Assembly (NCBI GenBank): GCA_041669225.1
Contig: JBAYBO010000001.1
Coordinates: 1-43,092, forward strand
Direction: 5' to 3'
Length of the DNA: 43,092 nt
From: Bacilli bacterium
Lineage (GTDB): Bacteria; Bacillota_I; Bacilli_A; RFN20; CAG-826
Under the pieces are notes generated by a model. The model ran no database searches and was not told the DNA's origin. It saw only the letters and a program-made list of their open reading frames with translations. Shown in pieces: positions 17,958 through 26,890 of the stretch (its first letter is position 1; every line of letters starts with the position of its first letter). The translations under genes were made by a program, and so were the position numbers.

Positions 17958-18813
17958 TGTTTATATATTCCATTATCCGAGGTAGAAGCTCGGTTGCGAC
18001 AGCTCTTCCTCTTTGATATACCTTTGCGAGTTCATCTTTATCTTTTTCGGTTCGTTTTAACATAATCGGAATTTGGGGACGGACGACAAAGGCCTTTCCA
18101 CTTTTTTCAAGCTCATCTAGAAGCTCCGCGTCTTGATTATATCGACGCGGATATTCGAGCGCGATTTCGATGAATTTAGGATATTTGCCATAAAGGGCTT
18201 TAAGCCCGGCTTTGTGTTGAGGCTTATCAAGGTCTTTGCGATATTTCTTATCGCGGGTTGTAATAACAATCATCTTATCAAAACCATCATCGAGCGCTTT
18301 TTGAAAGGGGATTGGGACTGAAATCCCACCATCAAGACAAGGTTCATCGCCGACCATGACCGGCGCACTCAGAAAAGGCAGGGACGATGAAGCGGCGATG
18401 GCTTTAAAAAAATCAGGAGTTTCATCTTTTACAAAGTAAAGAGGTTCGCCTGTTAGACATGAAGTCGTGGCCACCACAAATTTGATTAAACTTTCATCAT
18501 AAGTCTTGAAATCAAAAGGTAAAATCTCGGTTGACATCTCTCCAAACAAATAATCAAAGTTGAACAATGATTTTCTAGTTAAAAGGAACTTCGGATTCAC
18601 AAATTTCTTATCAGACATAAAATCAACAACGACCGACCGTGATCGTCCAACTTGCTTCGAAAGATAGCTTAAAGATATTAAAGCACCCGCCGATACACCA
18701 ACAACATATTGAAAGTACAAATTGTTTTCCATGAATACATCAAGAACGCCAGCCGTAAAAGCTCCACGCACCGCGCCTCCTTGTAAAACTAATGCCACTT
18801 TGTTGATATCCAT
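17944..18813 (-). CDS. Patatin-like phospholipase
   Basis: Oxyanion GGAVRG, nucleophile elbow GVSAGA (GxSxG) and catalytic Asp in DGG (CLDGGISVP). Confidence 0.85.
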   Translation of the reverse strand: MDINKVALVLQGGAVRGAFTAGVLDVFMENNLYFQYVVGVSAGALISLSYLSKQVGRSRSVVVDFMSDKKFVNPKFLLTRKSLFNFDYLFGEMSTEILPFDFKTYDESLIKFVVATTSCLTGEPLYFVKDETPDFFKAIAASSSLPFLSAPVMVGDEPCLDGGISVPIPFQKALDDGFDKMIVITTRDKKYRKDLDKPQHKAGLKALYGKYPKFIEIALEYPRRYNQDAELLDELEKSGKAFVVRPQIPIMLKRTEKDKDELAKVYQRGRAVATELLPRIMEYINNEQK

Positions 18814-18842
18814 ATGCTAGTTCATTGTATAACAACGGCAGC

Positions 18843-18869
18843 ATAAAGAAAAATGGAGAATATCTCCAT
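18843..18869 (-). terminator. Rho-independent terminator of the feo operon
   Basis: On the minus strand, an ATGGAGA-TAT-TCTCCAT hairpin (18853-18869) is followed by TTTTCTTTAT. It begins 2 nt after the stop of the small Cys protein. Confidence 0.7.
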
Positions 18870-18870
18870 C

Positions 18871-19059
18871 TTATCTTATTTTCCTTTTATTTCTGAATTT
18901 TCGCTTATAGTCTTTTAATAAACGATTCCCCTTAATGCCGTTTGCCTCTGGACAATTTCGGCAGCTGCCTTTTTCGCGATTGTGAATAAAGCCAAAATAA
19001 ACTATCAAACCAAGCATAATTATGACAATTCCTAAAATAACACCATCAACCCAGGTCAT
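18871..19059 (-). CDS. FeoB-associated small Cys-containing membrane protein
   Basis: 62 aa counted from ATG 19059, which overlaps the feoB TGA (ATGA). It has one TM helix, then GSCRNCPE (CxxC) and a basic tail. The longest ORF (start 19104) would overlap feoB. Confidence 0.6.
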   Translation of the reverse strand: MTWVDGVILGIVIIMLGLIVYFGFIHNREKGSCRNCPEANGIKGNRLLKDYKRKFRNKRKIR

Positions 19060-21086
19060 ATAATTAGCCATCCAATCAGGCCGACAAATGTTGCTAAAAC
19101 CCAAGCGATTCCGGTTTGAAAAGAGACGGCCTTAAGCATTGCTTTGGTTGAACCGAGTTCCTTACGCATCGCGCCAATCGCCGCAAAGCAAGGAGCACTA
19201 AATAGATTAAATATCATAAATGCATATGCACTCCATCCCGTAAAGAAAGAGAACATCCCGCTTTCAAAAATCGAAGCTCCACCACCTTCAAGGCCAGCTA
19301 TTACTTCAAGCGAACTGACAACTTGTTCTTTCGCGATCAATCCTTGAATAGCGGAAACCGTTGCGCCCCATGACCAAGTTCCACCAAGCATTGGATAGAA
19401 AATCCAAGCAAAAGCATTTCCAATTCCAGCAAGAATACTGTTTTCAATGTGATGATTAACACCATCAATATAATTGAAGCCCCACGTAAATGATGCTAAA
19501 AACCAAACCGCCACAGAACATAGGACGATGACCGTCCCTGCTCTTTTAATAAATGACCAGGTTTTATCAAAGACATCGCGAAAAACATATACTGCGCTCG
19601 GAGCGTGGTAATTTGGAAGTTCTGATAAATATGAAGATGTAGTACCTTTATAAATAAATCTTTTTAAAATCAAAGCCGAAATCAAAATGACGACAATCGC
19701 CATAAAATATAAACTGAGTGTTACAACCCACGCAAAGCTAGAGAAAAAGTAACCGGCGAATAAAGCGATGATTGGAAGTTTCGCAGAACATGGGACAAAT
19801 GGCGTTAATATCGTCGTCATCTTCCGTTCTTCTTCGTTTTCAACCGTCCGCGATGCCATTATACCCGGCACACTGCAACCACTTCCGACAATAAAGGGAA
19901 TAAGTGATTTTCCGCTTAGGCCAAAACGTTTAAAAATGCGATCTAGGAAGAAAGATATACGTGACATATATCCGGTTGTTTCTAATAATGCCAAGCAAAG
20001 GAAAAGAATAATTAATTGTGGTAAGAAGTTGCTAACAGCACCGAAGCCGGCAATGATACCATCAACGACCAAGGAGACCGACCACGGACTTGCACCTATA
20101 CCAGTTAGCCATGTGCTAAGTGAAGGCCCTAAGCCATTAATCACAAACAGTACTTCGCGTCCGAGAACATTGATTGTCTCTGCCCCACCAAAAAGAGCGG
20201 AGACAAAGTCGACAGTTAGCCCGCCAACAAGACCAACAGATAAGAAATAGACAATACCCATAATTAAAGCAAAAATTGGCAAACCTAAATATTTATGCAG
20301 AAAGATACGGTCAAGTTTATCAGTAACGGTCTCGCCTTTTTCTTTTTGCGTCGAACATTCTTCTTTGATTCTAACGATATGACGATAACGCTGATCAGCG
20401 ATTAACTGCTCGCTGTCCATTTTATACATTTTTTCTAGGTCGTTAATTTGCGAAACAATTTCATCACTTAACAGGGGGCGATAATCTCTGTCCCGCTCAA
20501 TTATTTTTACTGCCGAGAAACGTTTATGACCAACATTGATAGTTGAAGAAATATTTGAAATCACATTTTCAATTTCTTCATCATAAATGTAATCATGATG
20601 GTTTTTCTTATATTCTCTCGACTCTATTACCGCAACAAGATTATCAACACCAAGATTCTTTTTTGCCGAAATAGACACAATCGTCGTATTAAGTCGTTTA
20701 GACAACTTTTCAATATCGACAGTAATACCGCTTTTTTCTAAAACGTCAGCCATGTTCAAAGCAATCACGACATCAATATCTAACTCTAAAAGTTGTGTTG
20801 TTAGATAAAGGCTTCTTTCAAGACTGGTTGCATCGATGATATTAATAATCAAATCAAGTTTTTCTTCCATGGCAAATTGCCGTGAAATTTCTTCTTCGGT
20901 TGAATACGGAGAAAGAGAATAGACGCCCGGCAAATCAATGATTTCGATATCGGTGCCGATTATTCTTCCTTCTTTCCGTTCAATCGTGACTCCCGGCCAA
21001 TTTCCAACTTTTTGATTTGTTCCGGTTAAAGTATTGAAAAGAGTCGTCTTTCCTGAATTCTGATTTCCGACTAAAGCGATTTTCAT
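19056..21086 (-). CDS. feoB: Ferrous iron transporter FeoB
   Basis: N-terminal G-domain (GNQNSGKTT, DLPG) followed by a polytopic permease domain. 676 aa. Confidence 0.95.
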   Translation of the reverse strand: MKIALVGNQNSGKTTLFNTLTGTNQKVGNWPGVTIERKEGRIIGTDIEIIDLPGVYSLSPYSTEEEISRQFAMEEKLDLIINIIDATSLERSLYLTTQLLELDIDVVIALNMADVLEKSGITVDIEKLSKRLNTTIVSISAKKNLGVDNLVAVIESREYKKNHHDYIYDEEIENVISNISSTINVGHKRFSAVKIIERDRDYRPLLSDEIVSQINDLEKMYKMDSEQLIADQRYRHIVRIKEECSTQKEKGETVTDKLDRIFLHKYLGLPIFALIMGIVYFLSVGLVGGLTVDFVSALFGGAETINVLGREVLFVINGLGPSLSTWLTGIGASPWSVSLVVDGIIAGFGAVSNFLPQLIILFLCLALLETTGYMSRISFFLDRIFKRFGLSGKSLIPFIVGSGCSVPGIMASRTVENEEERKMTTILTPFVPCSAKLPIIALFAGYFFSSFAWVVTLSLYFMAIVVILISALILKRFIYKGTTSSYLSELPNYHAPSAVYVFRDVFDKTWSFIKRAGTVIVLCSVAVWFLASFTWGFNYIDGVNHHIENSILAGIGNAFAWIFYPMLGGTWSWGATVSAIQGLIAKEQVVSSLEVIAGLEGGGASIFESGMFSFFTGWSAYAFMIFNLFSAPCFAAIGAMRKELGSTKAMLKAVSFQTGIAWVLATFVGLIGWLII

Positions 21087-21088
21087 AC

Positions 21089-21379
21089 TTATTCAATGAC
21101 CTTTATATCAATCGAACGCATGTCCTTGCGACGAATGCATAATTCATAGCCGCGAAGACGAATATCAATCGGATCGCCAAGAGGGGCAATCTTTTTAATT
21201 TCAATAACAACCCCTTTGGTTATTCCCATGTCTAAAAGACGGCGGCGCAAAGCTGCATTGTCATTATGGAAATCAAGAACAACGGCTTTTTGGCCGCGAT
21301 CGAGATCGCTTAAATGACCTTCTTCACCAGTCTGAAGCCTAAGTCTTTTCCCATGTTGATGTCTCATTCGATTTTGCAT
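21089..21379 (-). CDS. feoA: FeoA family protein (with His-rich N-terminal extension)
   Basis: The FeoA SH3-like domain forms the C-terminal ~75 aa (GQKAVVLDF...LRGYELCIRRKDMRSIDIKV). ATG 21379 was chosen because the predicted -10 element ends 2 nt before ATG 21412. GGTGA lies 10 nt upstream of 21379. Confidence 0.8.
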   Translation of the reverse strand: MQNRMRHQHGKRLRLQTGEEGHLSDLDRGQKAVVLDFHNDNAALRRRLLDMGITKGVVIEIKKIAPLGDPIDIRLRGYELCIRRKDMRSIDIKVIE

Positions 21380-21414
21380 AAGCTTTCGTTCACCACATTT
21401 CGTGGTTCGCATAT

Positions 21415-21443
21415 ATATTAAGTTGGAAGAGCGGTTTAGTCAA
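21415..21443 (-). promoter_or_regulatory. Candidate feoAB promoter
   Basis: On the minus strand, TTGACT (21443-21438), a 17-nt spacer, then TAATAT (21420-21415). Confidence 0.5.
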
Positions 21444-21458
21444 TCGAAATTGTAAACC
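21433..21458. promoter_or_regulatory. Inverted repeat GGTTTA-N14-TAAACC flanking the feo -35 (candidate metalloregulator operator)
   Basis: 6-bp arms at 21433-21438 and 21453-21458 bracket the -35 hexamer in the divergent feo/DtxR-like intergenic region. The arms are short, so this is weak evidence. Confidence 0.25.
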
Positions 21459-21472
21459 ATAGTTAACTTTTT

Positions 21473-21501
21473 TTGTATTCAGGTTTTAGTGGTGTTATAA
21501 T
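21473..21501 (+). promoter_or_regulatory. Promoter of the DtxR/MntR-family regulator
   Basis: TTGTAT (21473-21478), a 17-nt spacer, then TGtTATAAT extended -10 (21493-21501). This places the TSS near 21508 and excludes the upstream in-frame starts at 21473 and 21500. Confidence 0.55.
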
Positions 21502-21526
21502 GAAGGCGAATAAACGGAATTCAACA

Positions 21527-21895
21527 ATGAAAAAAACTACAAAGGCGATTGAAGATTATTTAGAAGCTTTCTATATTCTTTATTTAAATAAAGAACCATT
21601 GGAATCCGCCCGCGTCTCGCGTCTTTTAGGTGTTTCGCGCCCAGCTGTTAATAAAGCCACTCACGAAATGATGAAATCAGGCTATATTAATAAGACTCCA
21701 TATTCAGAAATTGAATTTACTCCTTCAGGAAAACGAATAGCAAAAAAAGTTTATCATCGTCATACAACCCTTAAAAAATATTTGCTAAACCTTGGTGTCT
21801 CTGAAAAAAATGCCGACCGTGACTGTTGCTTAATCGAGCATGTTTTATCAGAAGAAACATTTAAAAAAATTGAAACTTTAGTTAAAGATAAATAA
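21527..21895 (+). CDS. DtxR/MntR-family metal-dependent transcriptional regulator (two-domain, no SH3-like C-terminal domain)
   Basis: AIEDYLEAFY...LGVSRPAVNKATHEM wHTH, then a dimerisation/metal domain (HRHTTLKKYL, CLIEHVLS). The start at 21527 is the first ATG downstream of the predicted TSS. Confidence 0.8.
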   Translation: MKKTTKAIEDYLEAFYILYLNKEPLESARVSRLLGVSRPAVNKATHEMMKSGYINKTPYSEIEFTPSGKRIAKKVYHRHTTLKKYLLNLGVSEKNADRDCCLIEHVLSEETFKKIETLVKDK

Positions 21896-21898
21896 AGT

Positions 21899-22342
21899 CT
21901 AACGGAAAACGTCTTCGGCATCGATGAACTTTTTTGTTTTTTCTTCTTTAGTTTTTACAAAACGGGCGACGACAAATAAATCATCATTTTTAGGATTAAG
22001 CTTAATGATTTTATCGACACGAACCACGAGATTATTTTTTGCTTCTTTAATTAGAATTGCTGATTCATCTATTTCGTGAGGCACATCAATAAATTTATCA
22101 ATTGAATCGCTATGTCCATTACCGAGTTTTAAGGCGATGGATTTTTGTTCGCGACTAAGGGCACTGACACCAATCACATCACCGACTTCAAGATTCTTTC
22201 CCGTGACGCTTTGCTCACCAATCAACAAACCAATCACATCATAATCAATCATCATCGACCAGGCACAAATCATCGCAAATTTGCGATTGTGTTTGATGTA
22301 ACAAACAGCGTTAGCCCCAGCGAGAAAAGCGTGTAACCCCAT
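21899..22342 (-). CDS. Flavin reductase-like (FMN-binding split-barrel) domain protein
   Basis: 147 aa. The pattern ...MICAWSMMIDYD...VSALSREQKSIALKLGNGHSDSIDKF... resembles the flavin reductase-like domain. The match is moderate and from memory only. Confidence 0.5.
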   Translation of the reverse strand: MGLHAFLAGANAVCYIKHNRKFAMICAWSMMIDYDVIGLLIGEQSVTGKNLEVGDVIGVSALSREQKSIALKLGNGHSDSIDKFIDVPHEIDESAILIKEAKNNLVVRVDKIIKLNPKNDDLFVVARFVKTKEEKTKKFIDAEDVFR

Positions 22343-22347
22343 AATAT

Positions 22348-23208
22348 TTACTTTTTAGAATCATCATATTTAATGATGCTTTGGTATAAATCGGGTCGTC
22401 GATCGCGAAAAACACCCCAGGCAATACGTTTCTTATCGATTAATTCTAGATTGAATTCAGCAACGGCGATATCTTCTTCAGTACGCGAAAGTTCAGCGAC
22501 AAGATTGCCATCTTCATCAGCAATAAAGCTACTGCCAAAAAAAGTCATACTGGAATTCTCATCGCTTTCGGTGCCGACGCGGTTCGAAGCAAGAACAGGA
22601 ATAATATTTGCGGCAGCGTGTCCCTTCATTGTGTTTTGCCAATGATCCTTTGAATCTTTTGGAAGAACTGGCTCGCTGCCGATGGCGGTTGGATAAACAA
22701 TCAATTGCGCGCCCAGCAACGCGAGGGAACGGGCAACTTCAGGAAACCACTGATCCCAACAAATCCCCACACCGACACGGCCGTATTTTGTCTTGAATAC
22801 TTTAAAACCGGTATCTCCTGGCGAGAAGTAAAACTTTTCTTCATAGCATTCACCAGTGGGGATATGAGATTTGCGATAAAGGCCAAGATTATCACCATCC
22901 GCATCAATCATAACCAAAGAATTAAAATGAACATTCCCGGCTTTTTCAAAGAAAGATAAAGGCAAGACAACATTAAGTTCTTTGGCTAGTTTCTGAAACC
23001 TTGAAATTGTTAGTGATGAGTCTAATTCTTCAGATAAATCAAAGTAATCATACTTTTCTTTTTGACAAAAATATGGTGTTTTAAATAGTTCAGGAAGCAG
23101 AATGACTTGTGCGCCTTTTGCAGCGGCAATTCGCACCATTTGTTCGGCTTTTGCAAGATTTTCGTCAATCTTCCAAGACATGCGAAATTGAGTAATGGCT
23201 ACTTTCAT
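22348..23208 (-). CDS. aguB: N-carbamoylputrescine amidase (nitrilase superfamily)
   Basis: LLPELFKTPYFCQ motif and catalytic Cys context GICWDQWFPE. The AAGGAGAA SD lies inside the last codons of the upstream gene, and the ATG is 2 nt after its stop. Confidence 0.85.
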   Translation of the reverse strand: MKVAITQFRMSWKIDENLAKAEQMVRIAAAKGAQVILLPELFKTPYFCQKEKYDYFDLSEELDSSLTISRFQKLAKELNVVLPLSFFEKAGNVHFNSLVMIDADGDNLGLYRKSHIPTGECYEEKFYFSPGDTGFKVFKTKYGRVGVGICWDQWFPEVARSLALLGAQLIVYPTAIGSEPVLPKDSKDHWQNTMKGHAAANIIPVLASNRVGTESDENSSMTFFGSSFIADEDGNLVAELSRTEEDIAVAEFNLELIDKKRIAWGVFRDRRPDLYQSIIKYDDSKK

Positions 23209-23209
23209 C

Positions 23210-25822
23210 TTAATTATTCTCCTTTTTAGTTTCAGGTATTTGCATAGTTATACAGTGAACGTTTCCACCGCCAAGCAGAATTTCGCGAGAAAATACTTGA
23301 ATAATCTTTTTATCCGGATATAGTTCGACAAATTGACTATAAGCTAGTTCGTCTTCTTTGACCCCAAAAGCCGGAAGAATGACAAAATTCTTTCCTTGAT
23401 AATAATTAATATAGGAGGCTGCTAAACGCATATTCGGTTCCCTTTTTTTAGCATTAGAGCGCGAACCGCGAATGCCTTTGGCTTCTTCCTTTGTCATATA
23501 CATCGGATGCGGAAGTCTAACTTTGACAATTTCAAACGGATTACCATCGGCATCCGTTTCGTTTTTCAGCACTTTATAGGCTGCTTGTGAATATCGATAT
23601 TGCGGATCACTGCGAACGGTTGTCCAAGCCAAAGCAACAACGCCAGGACGAATAAAGCACGCCATATTATCGACGTGTTCGCTCGTTTCATCTTGGTAAA
23701 TACCATTTTTCAGCCAAATAACCTTGCTTATACCAAGATTGGTTTTGAGTGTCTCTTCGATTTCTTGCTTATTCATATGGGGGTTGCGTCCCTTAGAAAG
23801 GAGGCACGCCTCAGTCACCAAGCATGTCCCAAGCCCATCGACATGAATACTTCCGCCTTCAAGAACAAAATCATCAATGTAATAACTATCGAGATTAAGT
23901 TTCTTTGATAAGAGGCTAGAAAGTCGATCATCGTCCAAATAGTTTGAGTACAGTCCGCCATGCTCCGTGCTCCAGGCATTAAAACGGAAGTCAACGGATC
24001 TTAGTTTAGAACCTTTTTTAACAAAAATCGGCGAATTGTCACGCGCCCAAGCATCGTTATACTTTATTTTGATAACGTCGACGTTCTCGATATTTGAAAA
24101 TTCGCCGGATGCGACATCATAAATGCTCGGATGGATTCCAACGAGCACGGGTTCAAACTGGGCGATAGCGCGAACGACATCTTTGTAAGCCTCGCGGGCC
24201 GGTTTGGCTCCATCTCTCCATGTATCTTTGCGAAATGGTAGAAGGATGAAGGTCGCCTGATGGGAGTCTCCTTCAAACGGCATCGAATAACCATCATTAT
24301 GAGGAGTTGTGATGCGCTTTGAGGAATAATCAGTATAAGCCTTTTGATAAGACGAGAATTTCTTCCAACGATCTTTATCGACAACATTAACGGTCCCATC
24401 ACTATAATCACTAATTAATGTGATTCCTGTTTGTTTATATGTCTTTATCCGTTCAATTAAATCGCTAGTAAAAATTTCTCCTGGAATAATCAAAGGAATG
24501 CCCGGAGGATATATCATAATTGATTCTTTCGATATTTCGTTCGCTGCATTCATAATTGAGATGCGTTTGCTAGGTGCATAAAAAGCCGAACGGGGTCTTA
24601 CTAATAAATATGGAAAGCCAACACTGAAGGAGTGACGAGGATAAGTAATTTTACGATTATAATGCTCACGGCTAATGTCTTTTAAAGCCGCAAAAAGATG
24701 CCTCAGGTGTTCTTTTTTTGTGCCGATGGCAAGAATTCCCAAAACAACGTATGTCTCGGCTAATTCAACCTGAATTCGATACTTCTCCTTAAGAAGATAA
24801 TATAAATCGAAGCCACTTAAATCGAGATGATCAAGTTCGAGAACAAGCTTGGTTTCATCATAATCGTAACAACCTTTTTGAAGAAAATGTTCGCGTCCGC
24901 GCGAAATGAAGCCCTTGATTTTTTCTATTTGTTCACGAGCATATTTGGCCAGTTCAAGAACGTTGTCCATTGCTTCCTGACCTTTGGTGGCGGCAAAATG
25001 ACGGGCTGCGTCAATACTAGCAATTAAAATGTTAGAAGGCGAAGTAGTGCTAATAATGCTCAAGGATTTTTGAACTTCACTTGGCGAAACGCGCTCACCT
25101 TGAAGGAGAAGGACGCTTGACTGTGTTAATGAACCACCTGTCTTGTGAAACGAAACACTGGAGAGGTCAGCACCACACTCCATCGCTGATAGAGGACCAT
25201 TTTTACTAAAGTAATAATGGGCGCCGTGGGCTTCATCAACTAAAACCGACACATTATGCGCATGGGCGAAATCGGTGATTTCCTTTAAATCATTTACTGC
25301 CCCAAAATATGTTGGGTTTATAACAAGCAGCGCTTTGGCGCTTGGGTAACGAATTATCGCTCGTTTATAATCAGCAACACTCGGCTGATTGGCAATTTCG
25401 AGCTGCCGATCGATTTTTGGCATTACATAAACGGGGATCGAACCAGATAAGACAAGCGCACTAATGATTGATTTATGAACATTACGAGGAAGAATAATCT
25501 TATCTTTGGCCTTGCACACCGACATAATCATGGCGATGATGCCACTCGTCGTACCATTCACCAAAAAGAAACTGTGATCAGCGCCCGCAAAATCAGCCAT
25601 AAGCTCTTGGGCTTGGGCAATAACACCAGTCGGGTGTTGCAATGAATCAAGTCCGATTGGAGCATTAATATCACTTTGAAAAGTTTTTCCGCCAAGGAAA
25701 TCTTTTAGTTTATTTTCAACATTGCCCATATGGTGTCCAGGGACATCAAAAGGCGATATTTTTTCGTTAACATATTTGATTAGCGCATCAAGAAACGGTG
25801 TCTGATTTTGGTTTAATTTCAT
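23210..25822 (-). CDS. speA-aguA: Fusion protein: Orn/Lys/Arg-decarboxylase-family (SpeA-type, PLP) N-terminal domain + agmatine deiminase C-terminal domain
   Basis: 870 aa. Residues 1 to ~490 are the decarboxylase: FDVPGHHMG, PLP-Lys in SFHKTGGSLTQSS, and the C-terminal PPGIPLIIPGE. Residues ~505-870 are the deiminase: GYSMPFEGDSHQATF..., AWARDNSPIF, and catalytic Cys in GGGNVHCITMQIP. There is a single uninterrupted frame. Confidence 0.85.
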   Translation of the reverse strand: MKLNQNQTPFLDALIKYVNEKISPFDVPGHHMGNVENKLKDFLGGKTFQSDINAPIGLDSLQHPTGVIAQAQELMADFAGADHSFFLVNGTTSGIIAMIMSVCKAKDKIILPRNVHKSIISALVLSGSIPVYVMPKIDRQLEIANQPSVADYKRAIIRYPSAKALLVINPTYFGAVNDLKEITDFAHAHNVSVLVDEAHGAHYYFSKNGPLSAMECGADLSSVSFHKTGGSLTQSSVLLLQGERVSPSEVQKSLSIISTTSPSNILIASIDAARHFAATKGQEAMDNVLELAKYAREQIEKIKGFISRGREHFLQKGCYDYDETKLVLELDHLDLSGFDLYYLLKEKYRIQVELAETYVVLGILAIGTKKEHLRHLFAALKDISREHYNRKITYPRHSFSVGFPYLLVRPRSAFYAPSKRISIMNAANEISKESIMIYPPGIPLIIPGEIFTSDLIERIKTYKQTGITLISDYSDGTVNVVDKDRWKKFSSYQKAYTDYSSKRITTPHNDGYSMPFEGDSHQATFILLPFRKDTWRDGAKPAREAYKDVVRAIAQFEPVLVGIHPSIYDVASGEFSNIENVDVIKIKYNDAWARDNSPIFVKKGSKLRSVDFRFNAWSTEHGGLYSNYLDDDRLSSLLSKKLNLDSYYIDDFVLEGGSIHVDGLGTCLVTEACLLSKGRNPHMNKQEIEETLKTNLGISKVIWLKNGIYQDETSEHVDNMACFIRPGVVALAWTTVRSDPQYRYSQAAYKVLKNETDADGNPFEIVKVRLPHPMYMTKEEAKGIRGSRSNAKKREPNMRLAASYINYYQGKNFVILPAFGVKEDELAYSQFVELYPDKKIIQVFSREILLGGGNVHCITMQIPETKKENN

Positions 25823-25897
25823 AGCACATAAATCTTATATTATCTTCACTATGTGCGCAACCAAAAGTAATTTTCATTGAAAATTATATAAAAGTAA

Positions 25898-26812
25898 CTA
25901 CTTCGAGAAATCAGTGAGAAAGAATTCGGCCATCGCCTCATTCGTCCTTTTCCCTTCTTTACTATCCGGCAAAACGAGATTATAGACATGAGCAACTTTC
26001 ATATCGAGGGATGGTTCAAATTGATAATGATGTGGTATTTCCTGTCTCAATAATTCATCGTGTAGCATAAAACTGTGTTTCTTTAGAAAGTCATAGTGAC
26101 AAGAAGAAACAAAAATCGGGTCTGGTTTTACCTTTTTAATATAGTAGGCCGGATTATTCATTTTCAAAAATTCTCCATCTAGATAATTGCTAGAAAAAAG
26201 GGTAGGCATCGCTGACTTATGAATAATGCGCTTAGCATATTCAGCGACTTCTTCAAAATCATACACCGCACAATTCATACCAACACATTTGATTTTGATA
26301 TTTGGTAGACGGTCAATTCTATAATATCTTTGTGCTTCTTTTGATTTAAAGACGAAATCGGTAAGAAGAGCAAGATGGCCACCGGAAGAATCGCCAAGAA
26401 GAATAAAATTATCAAAAAATAAGTCATATTTTTCTTTGTTTTTTTCAAGAAAATTCAAGGCGGTGAAAATATCAACAATTTGCTCATAGATACTCGTTCC
26501 TTTTTTTACGAGAGTGTAATTAATCGAAACAACTGAAAAACCTTTCGCAACAAAATATGAATTGAAAATGTAATTAAGACCTTTGTAACCAAAGGCATAT
26601 GAGCCACCGTGAATATCAAAAATAAGATGGTTGTTACTTTTCGCCGTTGGATGATAAATATCGAGAAGATGCTCAACATTGCCGTCGTCAACGTAAGGAA
26701 TGTCTTTCCAAACCCGCATTTCGGTGAATGGTTTCATCTTCTTGATGCGCTTGGCTTCGTAGATATCTAAAGTGCGCTTAAAAATTTTTAATGAGGGACG
26801 GAAGATAAACAT
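25898..26812 (-). CDS. Alpha/beta hydrolase (esterase/lipase-like)
   Basis: HGGSY oxyanion region and the GDSSGGH nucleophile elbow. A strong AAGGAGGTGA SD lies upstream. Confidence 0.75.
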   Translation of the reverse strand: MFIFRPSLKIFKRTLDIYEAKRIKKMKPFTEMRVWKDIPYVDDGNVEHLLDIYHPTAKSNNHLIFDIHGGSYAFGYKGLNYIFNSYFVAKGFSVVSINYTLVKKGTSIYEQIVDIFTALNFLEKNKEKYDLFFDNFILLGDSSGGHLALLTDFVFKSKEAQRYYRIDRLPNIKIKCVGMNCAVYDFEEVAEYAKRIIHKSAMPTLFSSNYLDGEFLKMNNPAYYIKKVKPDPIFVSSCHYDFLKKHSFMLHDELLRQEIPHHYQFEPSLDMKVAHVYNLVLPDSKEGKRTNEAMAEFFLTDFSK

Positions 26813-26890
26813 AAATTCACCTCCTTATTAATAAGTATTTGAAACGAAAATGTTGAAAGAACGCCTTGAATTAACGATGATGATATTCGT

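Noticed and set aside
17944-18813. Patatin-like phospholipase as a CBASS or other anti-phage effector.
   Set aside because: No cyclase, sensor or other defence-type gene is adjacent. The gene overlaps a housekeeping rRNA pseudouridine synthase gene by 14 nt and is flanked by the feo operon terminator, so it looks like an ordinary lipid-metabolism gene.
19768-20250. 160-aa plus-strand ORF inside feoB. Comparable ORFs occur at 6100-6466, 17277-17627, 22373-22959, 23600-23908 and 24064-24411.
   Set aside because: These are alternative-frame or antisense ORFs inside strongly conserved CDSs (feoB, dnaX, rluA-family, aguB, the ADC-AIH fusion). Their Pro/Ser/Arg-rich or Ile/Leu-rich translations are typical of non-coding frames.
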